The notes under the pieces were generated by a model that had not been told where the DNA came from, did not search any database, and saw only the letters and a program-made list of their open reading frames with translations. The position numbers were made by a program, and so were the translations under genes. Positions 1 to 10,887 of a DNA stretch of 64,000 nt are shown here, one piece after another; the first letter of the stretch is position 1; each line of letters begins with the position of its first letter. Where the stretch lies: positions 20,958,001-21,022,000 of the forward strand of contig CM097885.1 of NCBI GenBank assembly GCA_044892525.1. Direction: 5' to 3'. Origin of the DNA: Schmidtea polychroa. Its lineage: Eukaryota.

Positions 1-32
1 ACGCACTGGCCGTAACAAATATCACGGGAGAA

Positions 33-2342
33 ATGAAGGTAGTAAATTGGGCCAGAGAAAAACATAAGTGGACTCACCTGAAGGGCATCCATTTTCCGAT
101 GCTAGACGAGAGACAGGCAGTTGAAGTGTTAATTGGCGCGGATTATTTAACGCTTCAACGAGCACTCAAAGAAATCGATGGTAAGTTGGATGAACCGATT
201 GCCCGTTTAACGCCACTTGGCTGGACATGTGTGGGAAGAACCTCGGTGGGAAGAACTTGGAACCATCAAAGCAATTTCATACGAACGTTCTTCGGTAATG
301 GCGAGGATTTGCAACGACAGATGGAGCGATTTTGGGAAATTGATGATAGCGGCTTAAAGGAAAATATATTTGCAGCGAAAGACCAAGCGATTTATGAGAA
401 AACCAAATCTGAGATGAAGAAAGTAGACGGACATTTCGAGGTAAAAGTGCCATGGAAAGAGTCACCAACAGCTTTGCCCAATAGTGAAAAAATGGCAGAA
501 AGTCGACTGCGAAGTTTGGACAAGAGGCTTGAAAAGGAAGACTTACGAACTGAGTATCAGGATATTTTGAATGGTTACCTGAAAAAAGATTATATAAGTA
601 TTGTAAAAGAGAAAATGATGCCTGGAGATTCGGAATGGATATTACCACACTTTCCCGTGGTTAGAAGAGATAAGGACACCACGAAAGTGCGTATTGTGTT
701 TGATGCGGCAGCCAGGTGTAATGGGGTGGGACTTAATGATATGGTGGAAGTTGGCCCAAAATTACAAAATGAAGTTTTTGATATTTTAATTCGTTTTCGT
801 CGATTTTCCGTAGCTGTTGTTTGTGATATAGCAGAAATGTATCTGCAAATAAGAATGGCTCTTGAAGACAGGAAATATCATCGGTTTTTATGGTCAACTG
901 GGGGGAAAATTATTAAGTATGAGTTTAATCGGTTAGTGTTTGGTCTTAATGCATCTCCATTCCTTGCCCAGCTAGTCGCGCAAGAGAATGCAAAGAAATT
1001 TGAAAAGGACTACCCAAAAGTGACAGAATCTATTTGCAAGTCTACGTATATGGACGACACCATGGACTCTGTTGATTCTGAAGAAGAAGGAATGAGGCTG
1101 AAAGAGGGGCTAGAAACAGTTTGGGGCAATGCCGGAATGCGGCCTAGAAAATGGCTATCCAACTCGGAAAGAATTATGGCGACAATCCCAATTGAAGAAC
1201 GAGCTAAAACACTGAATATTGAAAAGGAAACGACAATGGCCGTCAAGACCCTAGGTTTGAAATGGTACTCGGAAGACGATGAATTTAGTTTTCAAGTAGA
1301 TCTGCCGAATGAGGAATGTTTATCGAAAAGAAAGGTATTGAGCATAGTGGCAAGAATCTTTGATCCATTGGGACTGTTAGGCCCATTCATAATCATAGGG
1401 AAAAAGATTATTCAGAAGTTGTGGTTGTCAGGGCTTGATTGGGACGAAAAGCTACCTCCAAAGTTGAATAAAGAAATACACAAGTGGGTAGAGGACACAA
1501 ATAATCTCGGAGATCTGCGAATTGCGAGATGTTTAAGGACTCAAATGAAAAATGAATGGCAATTACATGTCTTCTCCGATGCGTCAAGCACCGCATATGG
1601 GTCAGCTATATATCTACGGGAAGAAACTATGGTGGGACCTAAAAGTGTGTTAATTGCGTCAAGGGCAAAGGTAGCTCCAGTGCAAATTATAAGTATACCA
1701 AGGTTGGAATTAATGGCCGCGTGTACTGGAGTTAAATTAGCAATACGGGTTTCAGAAGTGCTCGGGAAACCGATGAGTGAGATATGGTTCTGGTCCGATA
1801 GTAAAGACGTAATACATTGGGTTCGAAATTATTCGAGACTATTCAAGCCATTCGCAGCTAATCGAATTGGGTTCATTCAAGAAATGACCAAACCTGGGCA
1901 ACGGCATTATGTTCCAACAAGTGAAAATCCATCGGATTTGATCACAAGAGGATTATCGGCATCGGATTTGATAAACAGCACCATGTGGTGGGAGGGACCG
2001 AAATTTCTACTAGAACCAATGGGAAATTGGCCAGCGACGGAGTTAAACCAATCCAGTGTAACAAAGGAGTTGCGAAAGGGAATAACAATGATGGCGTGTG
2101 TAGAGGGGCAAAGACGAATAGGGAACACGGACTGTTTCAAAGTAGAAACCTTTTCCTCATGGCAGAGATTGATCAGGGTGCGGGCCTGGGTGGAGCGATT
2201 TATTTTGAACACGAGAACGACACAGTCCCAAAGAACCACAGGGCAACTGACAACTGAGGAGCTTAAAAGAATGGAACTCAATGTAATTAAAGGAGAGCAG
2301 GCGAAGTTTTTCTCTGAGGACCTGGCACGACATCAAGAATGA
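33..2342 (+). CDS. pol: BEL/Pao pol: end of protease region, reverse transcriptase, RNase H; broken by stop/frameshift near 2342
   Basis: Motifs ARLTPLGW, KVRIVFDA, DIAEMYLQI, FGLNASPF, YMDD, FDPLG, HVFSDAS, IPRLEL, ENPSDLITRG. Confidence 0.9.
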   Translation: MKVVNWAREKHKWTHLKGIHFPMLDERQAVEVLIGADYLTLQRALKEIDGKLDEPIARLTPLGWTCVGRTSVGRTWNHQSNFIRTFFGNGEDLQRQMERFWEIDDSGLKENIFAAKDQAIYEKTKSEMKKVDGHFEVKVPWKESPTALPNSEKMAESRLRSLDKRLEKEDLRTEYQDILNGYLKKDYISIVKEKMMPGDSEWILPHFPVVRRDKDTTKVRIVFDAAARCNGVGLNDMVEVGPKLQNEVFDILIRFRRFSVAVVCDIAEMYLQIRMALEDRKYHRFLWSTGGKIIKYEFNRLVFGLNASPFLAQLVAQENAKKFEKDYPKVTESICKSTYMDDTMDSVDSEEEGMRLKEGLETVWGNAGMRPRKWLSNSERIMATIPIEERAKTLNIEKETTMAVKTLGLKWYSEDDEFSFQVDLPNEECLSKRKVLSIVARIFDPLGLLGPFIIIGKKIIQKLWLSGLDWDEKLPPKLNKEIHKWVEDTNNLGDLRIARCLRTQMKNEWQLHVFSDASSTAYGSAIYLREETMVGPKSVLIASRAKVAPVQIISIPRLELMAACTGVKLAIRVSEVLGKPMSEIWFWSDSKDVIHWVRNYSRLFKPFAANRIGFIQEMTKPGQRHYVPTSENPSDLITRGLSASDLINSTMWWEGPKFLLEPMGNWPATELNQSSVTKELRKGITMMACVEGQRRIGNTDCFKVETFSSWQRLIRVRAWVERFILNTRTTQSQRTTGQLTTEELKRMELNVIKGEQAKFFSEDLARHQE

Positions 2343-2364
2343 AAGGGTAGATATCAGAAGCCGT

Positions 2365-3660
2365 TTGTTAAAGTTGACACCAGTTTTAGATGAGATGACT
2401 GTGTTACGAAGTAATAGCCGCATAATTCATGCAAAGAATTTACCATGGGAGACAAAATATCCAATAATTCTATCGGACAAGAGTTGGGTCACCAGACTAA
2501 TCATCAAAGATTGCCATGAAAGTTTGAGCCATTATGCAGGAACTCAACATGTCTTAAGTGTGTTGAACGAAAAATATTGGATTTTGAAGGCCAAAGTAAT
2601 GATCAAACAATGTGAGACAGATTGCGGAATGTGTAGAAAAAGAAAAGCTAAAGGAATGAGTCAAATAATGGCACCATTATCGGCGTTCAGGGTTTCAGAA
2701 CCTTTTAGAGCCTTTGTTCACTCGGCAGTAGATTTTGCAGGACCGTTTGAAACTAAAGTAGGCAGAGGAAAGGTGAAAAATAAAAGGTACATTTGCCTAT
2801 TCGTATGTTTAAAGTCACGGGCGGTGCATATTGAAATGGCATATGGGTTGGACACAGACTCATTCATTCGAGCGTTTATGAGGTTTGCAGCGAGGCGGGG
2901 GATGCCAAAATTGATGATCTCAGACAATGGCACAAATTTCATAGGCGCCACTTCTACAGTAAAGAATTTTGTAATCGACAACTATAAAACTCAAAGAGAG
3001 TTGTCGAAGCATCAATGTAGTTGGATCTTCAATCCTCCATCAGCACCTCATTTTGGGGGAGTTTTTGAGTCCATGATCAAATCGGCAAAGCGAGCTATGA
3101 ATACCATACTGACAAGTGCAGATGTGACCGACGAAGAATTGGGAAATGTTTTGACAAGGGCTGAAATGTTGATAAATTCTCGGCCCTTAGTGGTTCAGGC
3201 AGTAGACAGTAAGGAAGACGCTGTGCTAACTCCAAATCATTTATTAATTGCCGGTTGGAAAGGAGAAGCTGTGGAAAATATAGAAGTGAAGAAAATGTCA
3301 TGTACGATGTTTCGGTGGAGACGAATTCAGGAGTTAACCGAGCACTTCTGGCGGCGATGGATGAAAGAATTGGTCCCGTGCTGGCGGCAAAGGGCGAAAT
3401 GGAATAAGATAGAAGATGATGTCAAGACAGGGTCAACACTGTGGGTTTTAGACAAAAGGAATGAGTATGGGAAGTGGCCAATGGGGAGAGTAATCGAAGT
3501 GATACCGGAAGAAGACGGAAAGCTACGCGTGATGAGGATAAAATGTGAAGGAAAGGAGGTATTAAGATGCATATCTAAATTATACTTGATCACAAAAGAA
3601 GGAGAAGTAAATGGGGATGTGAGATTGACACCAAAGTGTCAAGGGGGGGAGGATGTTTAA
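2365..3660 (+). CDS. pol: BEL/Pao integrase (frameshifted continuation of pol)
   Basis: HHCC zinc finger (H..H..CGMC), VDFAGP, SDNGTNF, GGVFE, NSRPL, FWRRWMKE. Confidence 0.9.
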   Translation: MLKLTPVLDEMTVLRSNSRIIHAKNLPWETKYPIILSDKSWVTRLIIKDCHESLSHYAGTQHVLSVLNEKYWILKAKVMIKQCETDCGMCRKRKAKGMSQIMAPLSAFRVSEPFRAFVHSAVDFAGPFETKVGRGKVKNKRYICLFVCLKSRAVHIEMAYGLDTDSFIRAFMRFAARRGMPKLMISDNGTNFIGATSTVKNFVIDNYKTQRELSKHQCSWIFNPPSAPHFGGVFESMIKSAKRAMNTILTSADVTDEELGNVLTRAEMLINSRPLVVQAVDSKEDAVLTPNHLLIAGWKGEAVENIEVKKMSCTMFRWRRIQELTEHFWRRWMKELVPCWRQRAKWNKIEDDVKTGSTLWVLDKRNEYGKWPMGRVIEVIPEEDGKLRVMRIKCEGKEVLRCISKLYLITKEGEVNGDVRLTPKCQGGEDV

Positions 3661-3979
3661 TTCGATGTTCGGGTCTGTGTGCGCCTTTTACTATCCTTGT
3701 GTTGTTGGCTGTGGGCGCACACAGACGCATATAGTTGTGGGTGTTGTTTGGCTTTTTGTGTTCGCGTCTGTGTGCGCGGTCTGGTTAGACCGATTCTTGT
3801 GGGTGTGCGCACACAGACGCGAGAGAAATTAATGGTTGGTAAATTAAATTGATTTTGCTGGATTAATTGCTTTAAAAGGATTTTAGTGGAATTAAAAATG
3901 TTTTGGTGAAATTGTTTTACTGGGAGAAGTTTCGTTATTTGGTTCTAGAAGTTTTTTGTGATTATAATTGGAATTAACA
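3654..3979 (+). repeat. 3' LTR of the BEL element
   Basis: Starts TGTTTAATTC directly after the PPT and ends GAATTAACA (inverted terminal match); contains internal inverted GTCTGTGTGCGC/GCGCACACAGAC pairs. Confidence 0.75.
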
Positions 3980-4013
3980 ATTTGTTTCGAAACCGGACGT
4001 TGCCAATAATCAA

Positions 4014-4468
4014 ATGAATCCCGAATTGGAAGATGATACTTATACTGAACAATGCAGAAGCACAATTGGAGTTGACTTTAAAATCAGAACTATTGATTTA
4101 GATGGAATTATTGTTGTATATGCGAAAGGAAAAGTTCCCGATAAAATGATTGAGACGAGTTCAGCTACGAGATTGTTTAATATTACTGAAAGTACTGGAG
4201 GCGTTATGATTGGTATGATCCCTGATTGTCGATCTCAAGTATGTCGTGCACAAATGGAAGCAGCTCGATTTAGATATAAACATGGATATGAAATGCCTTG
4301 CGACAGGATATGGCGTTCTATGGCGGATATGGCTCAATTCCATTCCCAATCGGCACCAAGGCGGCCATTAGGATGTTCAATGATGGCGGTATCTTCGATT
4401 ATAGACCTGGACAAATTGTTATCCAAAAATAAAATCATTGTTCGCGATATTGACTTTAAAAATGAACA

Positions 4469-4547
<79 letters not shown>

Positions 4548-4550
4548 TAA
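4014..4550 (+). pseudogene. Chimeric ORF: Rab1 fragment fused to a proteasome alpha-6 fragment, ending in (TTA)n
   Basis: DDTYTE..STIGVDFKIRTIDLDG (Rab1 switch I, 4032-4106) then KVPDK...LFNITE..G.VM.GM..D.RSQV.RA..EAA.F.YK.GYEMP.D...MAD..Q..SQ.A..RPLGCSM (PSMA6, 4107-4385). Confidence 0.8.
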
Positions 4551-6183
4551 AATTCTGAAAAAATATAGCAAAGTGCATTTATGAAATCCTTTTGTGAACT
4601 GTCTCAGAAATCTTCCATTATTTCTCAACATATACTACTTATATTACCTTTCTCAAAATTCCAACTCCTCCAAATGTTTACTAGTACTGAGAATACTGCA
4701 CTATATTCAGGTACACGAAATCATCAAATGTTTTTTTAAAAATAGCAAAAAATAATAAATTTAACATACTAAATAGACGATAATTTTCAAATTCGGGTTA
4801 AACAAGGCAATTTGGAACATTTCAATATAAAAATATTTCAGACAATCTTCATCAATCATTTATATGAGTGGGATAATTTCAAGAATTGTCATTTGTGAAT
4901 GATGATTCTCCCTTAGTGCTATTTTGAGAGAAAAGAATTGCAGATATTTTAGTGTGAATTTTGTAAATAATTATTGCTGAATTTCCTAAATCATATAAAC
5001 ATATTGATAATAATAGCTAATGGAAAATGAAAGTGATGTTCAAGGAATCTCATTCTGTAAATGTTCCCGCAAATCCAAAGTGATTGAAACTTATCGCATG
5101 TGGTTCATTTCAATGTTTAAGGCGATAATCTTTCTTATAAAACTTCCATTATTGACAACAATTTACTCTTGAAACATTTGGAAAAGTGTTATCTTTTTTA
5201 ATGTAAAAATTGTGGAACTTTTTTATTTGATTTTAATAAACTCTGGGTGGGTATACCAACAATTACGCCAGATAAATGGTCAAATTGTTTCGATCCCTCC
5301 TTTTTTCTTCTCTATTATTAATGATTTATACTTTAATGAATGTCTTGATAAGTGCTCTTTGAACCTTCTATATGATAAATAATTTTCATTTAATTTAACC
5401 CCCAGCTCAGTTTATTTACATCATATCCAAATTCAATCTGTTAAAAACAGAAAATTGTGGTTGTTAGTGACATACAATGAAATTCATGGAACTAATACAT
5501 ACTGATGTAACTGCACCTATTAGGATCAGAAAATATTTTACAAACTTTAAAGTTATTTATTTCCACCCTGTATAAAATCACAAAAATATCACATGAGTGT
5601 GACGTACAAATTGTCTGCTTATATCTGATTCAATGTGGAATTATTGTAATTCTCAATCCCATATTATAGAGAATCATTGTAATTATTTTACTATCAATTT
5701 TCATTTGATAATTATTGTGAATTATAAAAAATATGGGATTTCTTATGACTCTCAATGATTAACCTTTCATTTTGTGTATTTATGTAAATATCTTACCTCT
5801 TATGGTGATAATTATTTTATATTATTATGAGTGTAAACTATAAAATGTTGAAGACGCCAATAATAAATTTATTTATAGAATAAAATAAAAATTGCCAATC
5901 AATTGTGAATGGTTGAAACATAACATAATTTAGGATATAAACAACAATTTTGTCATATTTTTTGCAAAAAATTACATGAGTTGCACGGTAAATTTAAATA
6001 TTCCGAATAAAAATTTAAAATCTCATCGACTAGCTATTAGAGGGAAAACTTATACCAAAACGCAACTGACAGCCCCTAATGTAACATTAAATAAAACCTT
6101 TAATAATAAATTAAATATAAAGTGATGATTTCTTGGTAGCAGCATTATTTAAATGTTAAAGAATTAAATGAATATTTAAGAAT

Positions 6184-6320
6184 TTTGCTGCAAAGTATAT
6201 ATTTAATAAATGACAGAATTTTCAACTATAAAAATAGTCATTATCAATTTCACTTTCAAAAGGGCTATTTATATAGTTGAAAATTCTTTTATTTTATTAA
6301 ATATATACTTCGCAGTAAAC
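6184..6320. repeat. Imperfect inverted repeat with arms of about 55 bp (MITE-like hairpin)
   Basis: CTGCAAAGTATATATTTAATAAA..AGAATTTTCAACTATA is mirrored by TATAGTTGAAAATTCT..TTTATTAAATATATACTTCGCAG. Confidence 0.55.
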
Positions 6321-7892
6321 GGTATAAATTATCATTTGTATGTTTAAAGTGTGTGCCATCACAAAAAATTGTCATCAAATAATACAAATGAACAAATAAT
6401 TTCATATGATTTATTTATAAAATTATTAGACATTTAATATTTATATAGAATTTCAGATATTTCATTTTGCGAAGGTGAAAAAATGATAAAATAAGATCTA
6501 ATCTTTAAATTACAAATAATTTAAAGTTTTGGCAGAATTTCAAATATTCAACAAGATCCTTTTACCTTTGATGTTGAGAAAAAAACTCGAAAATTGTAAG
6601 TTTTAAGAACTTAATTAAATAAAATAATATTTTGAAAGAATTTCAGAATACGACAAAATCCAAATAATTAATGCCACGGAAAATGGCAAAGATTACTGGA
6701 AATCACCAAAAATTTATGAGGATGTGCGTGTATGTTACCTACATACATACTTTGAAAAATGTCATGAAAATCATTGAAATTGAGTTGACATACTTAAAAA
6801 CTCTAAATAAAATTCGTTACAAAACCTTAAAAGTCGTAAAAATTAAAGACTTTTGAGTTGAGCTACATAAAAATATTAAGCAGGGGGTATGGTGATGTCC
6901 TGGAGGGGGTAGATTCTACTACTTATATTTCTTTATATTTTTGAATTATCTACTATTTCTCTATGTTAGGAAATAAATTGGCAACAATCCAGCCTTCCAG
7001 AATTGGTTTAGTGCCATATAAACTGATGTCATAACAATGAAATGAAAAGTCATTTATTTTTAAATCAACGATAAACAAATAATACGGCAAAGATAATCTA
7101 TTTGATATAAGTCGTATTTGACTTAAATCGTATGAATTGTGCCATTCCTATTATTCCGGCTTAAGATGGCGTGATTGTATTTACCAATAATTTACTTAAT
7201 TCAAGTTTTCATAAAATTCCATATCAAAAATGTAATTTTTTGTTAAAGCATTTTTCGTTTTCAAGTAATACTCAGATTTAATTAATTCCAAACTCTACAA
7301 TGTTATATAAAAGAGGCTCAATTTCATTAAACCTGTTGGTGAACATTTTTTTCATTTTCATCCTTTTACTTCTTTGGAACTGATAATTGGTATTGAAAAC
7401 AATGCAATTTTCTGAATACAAAAATAGAAATATCAAAAAATGCACAACAGAACTAATATCGTGTTTCTATATGAAAACTCCAAACCATTTATCCCACTGA
7501 TACCCTGACAGAAGCTAAATCATACAAACTACGTTTTCCTTTATTAATTATTTTTATCTGACACAGTTTCTTTTGATTACTACTTTTCTAATTTGCGGTT
7601 AAACGTTTTTTACCAAAGAAATTAGGAAATGGAGTTAGGCTTGAAACCCTTTGAGGTTTTGAATGTTGAAATTGTAAGGCTTCCTAAAACATAATAGAGG
7701 TATGGACTTTCTTTACAACTGAATCTAGTTAATTGGTTTTAACATTTATCTTTTATAATAAATTATAATAATTAATTATTTAATATTTAAAATTATTCAT
7801 TATTAATTTATTATTGAAAATGCTTTTATTTTATAGTTATTAATTTCAATATAATTTTTTGGTAACAAAATATGAGTGATTTAGAATATATA

Positions 7893-9016
7893 AGTAGGTA
7901 GATAGTAGCTTACCGCAACAATTAAGGGGGGGGGGTTCTGCTGCAACTTTTTTTGCTGCAACCTTTGATTACGCAATTTTTCAGACTATAGTGAGGGGGT
8001 CTCGATGGTCCTGGGATTTTCAATACAAAAAATTTTTTTCAATACAAAAACGATGGTCATGGGATTTTCAATACAAAAAAATTTTTCAATACAAAAACGA
8101 TGGTCCTGGGATTTTCAATACAAAAAATTTTTTTCTATACAAAAATCCGACTACCACTAAAAAAGCCAAGGATTTTTCAGACTATAGTGGGGGGTCTCGA
8201 TGGTCCTGAGAAATAGGTGGTCTACACTAAAAAACGTGGTAATTTAAGGTCTCAGGATATTTTCAATACAAAAAGCTGGTCTACACTAAAAAAGCATGGT
8301 AATTTAAGGTCTCAGGATATTTTCAATACAAAAAGGCGGTCTACACTAAAAAACGTGGTAAATTTTTCAATTAAAGTAAATAATGGTCCAAATTTTAAAA
8401 TTAAAGTAAATTATGGTTCTAAAAATTGAATTATAGTAAATTATGGCTCAAATTTTGAATTACAGTAATTAATGGTTCTTAAAAATTAAATTATAGTAAA
8501 TTATGGTCAAAATTTTTGAATTACAGTAAATTATGGTCCAAAAAATTAAATTAAAGTAAATTATGGTCCTAAAAATTGAATTAAAGTAAATTATGGTTCT
8601 AAAAAATTAAATTACAGTAAATTATGGTCTAAAAATTAAATTACAGTAAATTATGGTCAAACATTTTAAATTAAAGTAAATAATGGTCCAAATTTTAAAA
8701 TTAAGTAATCAATGGTAAAAAATTTTAAATAAGTAAATTAAAGTAAATTAAAGTAAGATTTTAAAATTTAATTACAAAATAATAGAAGGTGTTTGAGAAT
8801 TGAAATTTTTTAATGAAATTTTTAAGATAATTTTTAATGTAAATTTTTATGAAATATTTTTTTAAGTAATTTTTAATAGAAAATTTTATGAAATATTTTT
8901 CAATGGTAATTTTTAATGGAAATTTTTATGAAATATTTTTTAATGATAATTTTAGATGGAAATTTTTAAGATAATTTCAATGAAATATTTTTCAAAGTCA
9001 AATGAAAATTTAAATG

Positions 9017-9051
<35 letters not shown>

Positions 9052-9131
9052 TATCAACCAAATACATAAAAATTGAACTATACACATAAAACACAAACAA
9101 ATAACAAATGTAAAGATATAAAATTTATTCA
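7893..9131 (+). repeat. Left TIR of Polinton 1, built of internal tandem modules
   Basis: Reverse complement of 25923-27096; contains GATGGTCCTGGGATTTTCAATACAAAAA modules and a 30-bp TTAAAGTAAATTATGG array (about 8370-8720). Confidence 0.92.
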
Positions 9132-9472
9132 TCCAATATTTGCTTGTAATAAGCTCTTCTTAATTCTGCTAGTAAAATATGAACAACTTCTTTCATCTTA
9201 TATTCTTGGCAGCATCTACATCTAAACGGACATGGTAATTTCATCGGATCCATACATACTTCACAATCGTCTATGCATTTAAATCTTGATTCTTGTACAG
9301 ATTCGAAATGTCTTCGTATAAGTTCTTCTATATTGATCCCCGTTAATTGCTTGATTCTATAAGCTAATAATTCCGGAGCACAATATGAAAGTCTGTTCTT
9401 TATATTCGGGAACAATTCTTCCATCTTCGTTAATATAGTCTGGAATATGTAAGCTTGCTTATCGTCATCCAT
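9125..9472 (-). CDS. Polinton hypothetical Cys-rich protein (115 aa)
   Basis: Open ORF with CxxxCxxC...CPxxCxCC cluster; stop codon overlaps AATAAA at the TIR boundary. Confidence 0.65.
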   Translation of the reverse strand: MDDDKQAYIFQTILTKMEELFPNIKNRLSYCAPELLAYRIKQLTGINIEELIRRHFESVQESRFKCIDDCEVCMDPMKLPCPFRCRCCQEYKMKEVVHILLAELRRAYYKQILDE

Positions 9473-9535
9473 TTTTGAATTTTTGTTATTGTAGATATTC
9501 AGTTAATTTAAACACAATTAATTAATTTAATTTAA

Positions 9536-10012
9536 TTAACTTAATAAATATTCCAATATTTCTTCATTTGTTGTGATATTTATAGTTAATGATTTAATGA
9601 ATTTCTGAATTTCTTGAATTTGATTAAAATAATCAAATGTTTTAATCCCTAATATAACAACTTTCCCACTTGAAAAAACATTTACACATAGGGGGTTATA
9701 CTTGAGAATACGTAAAGCTGGAAATATTTCAGGCTCGTAGTAACTATCGGTTTTCCTTGACAATGCATTTAAATCAATGCATGTACCCATATCTAGCGTT
9801 AATGTAATTGATTGGATTTGTAAATCTTGAATCTGATATTTGAGATCGCCTTCCTGTAATGGTTTCTTACATCCCATTATCCTACATTTCCCGCTCTTGA
9901 AGAATAAAATTGGATATTTTCCACTTCTGTCCACGACATGTTGAGGTTTTCCTGATGGGAACTTCATTTCATTTACTACACATCTTCCTCTATAATTAAT
10001 GTTGCTGATCAT
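9536..10012 (-). CDS. TATA-binding-protein (TBP)-like protein encoded by the Polinton
   Basis: Two TBP-like repeats: ISNI...ILFFKSGKCRIMGCK and IQSITLTLDMG..IDL..L...YEPEIFPAL...P..VNVFSSGKVVILGIK; first ATG at 10012. Confidence 0.85.
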   Translation of the reverse strand: MISNINYRGRCVVNEMKFPSGKPQHVVDRSGKYPILFFKSGKCRIMGCKKPLQEGDLKYQIQDLQIQSITLTLDMGTCIDLNALSRKTDSYYEPEIFPALRILKYNPLCVNVFSSGKVVILGIKTFDYFNQIQEIQKFIKSLTINITTNEEILEYLLS

Positions 10013-10062
10013 TCTAATTATTGTAATTATAAACAAATTAAATAAAATAATTTAATTAAAAA

Positions 10063-10686
10063 ATGGAATTAAGAAATGACGCAGTATATCAAATAGTAGG
10101 ACCTAGTGGAAGCGGGAAAACTTTATTTGTATGTAATTTATTACAATCAAACATGTTTAAATCTAAATTTAATAAAATATATTGGCATCGAGGTGCAGAT
10201 GAAGAACATGGATTGACTCAAAACAGTTTCTGTAAATTAAAAATGACAATAATTAAAGGATTTGATAAAAATTGGTCATCTAGATTACGCCAAGGTGATG
10301 TTATTATTATCGATGATCTGTACCAGGAAGCAAATAAAGAAAAAGATTTTAATAATTTATTTACAAAAATCAGTAGACATTGCGGAGTTACAGTTATTTT
10401 CATTACACAAAATCTTTTTCATCAAGGTGGAAGTCATAGAACACGTAATTTAAATGTCCAATATTTAATTTTTTTCAAAAATCCTAGAGATCAAACAATA
10501 ATAGATTTTCTTGCAAGACAAGCCTATCCAAATAATAGAAAATTTTTGATTGATTCATTCCAAGATGCAACAAAAATTCCTCATGGATATTTATTTTTTG
10601 ATTTTACACAACAATGTCCAGATGATATGCGTATTAGAACTGATATTTTTAATATAAACGGTGTTACGATTTATAAACAAAACTAA
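10063..10686 (+). CDS. A32/FtsK-like DNA packaging ATPase
   Basis: Walker A GPSGSGKT, Walker B VIIIDD, SRH and ITQ motifs, PHGYLFFD. Confidence 0.93.
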   Translation: MELRNDAVYQIVGPSGSGKTLFVCNLLQSNMFKSKFNKIYWHRGADEEHGLTQNSFCKLKMTIIKGFDKNWSSRLRQGDVIIIDDLYQEANKEKDFNNLFTKISRHCGVTVIFITQNLFHQGGSHRTRNLNVQYLIFFKNPRDQTIIDFLARQAYPNNRKFLIDSFQDATKIPHGYLFFDFTQQCPDDMRIRTDIFNINGVTIYKQN

Positions 10687-10705
10687 AAACTAAATAAAAT
10701 TAATC

Positions 10706-10858
10706 ATGTCATTTAAAAAAGTAGTTGTTAAAAATCTTCCAAGTGTTTCGAAGAAAATTACCAAGAAAACAAAACGTACAAAGAAAACAAAAAGTGGATC
10801 AAAAAGTACAAAAAGTACAAAAACTAAGAAACAAATCAAGAAGTGGATCAAATTATAA
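10706..10858 (+). CDS. Small Lys-rich protein (50 aa), possible DNA-condensing core protein
   Basis: Manual translation MSFKKVVVKNLPSVSKKITKKTKRTKKTKSGSKSTKSTKTKKQIKKWIKL*; fills the gap between the ATPase and the next gene. Confidence 0.6.
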   Translation: MSFKKVVVKNLPSVSKKITKKTKRTKKTKSGSKSTKSTKTKKQIKKWIKL

Positions 10859-10887
10859 ACAATCCGTCGCGTAAATTAATAATAATA

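Larger units (their letters stand above)
1..3979 (+). mobile_element. BEL/Pao LTR retrotransposon, 3' part (5' end outside window)
   Basis: pol domains in RT-RNaseH-integrase order, then a polypurine tract AAGGGGGGGAGGA (3641-3653) and a TG...CA LTR. Confidence 0.93.

Noticed and set aside
4880..5400. Coding-like decayed sequence on the minus strand (possible non-LTR remnant)
   Set aside because: Many stops and no diagnostic motif I can assign
7987..7996. CTATAGTGAG resembling the reverse T7 promoter
   Set aside because: Only 10 bp match and it is part of a recurring TIR module; not vector contamination
8370..8720. Regular 30-bp array as a CRISPR-like locus
   Set aside because: No unique spacers, eukaryotic context, and mirrored in the other TIR; it is a degenerate tandem repeat
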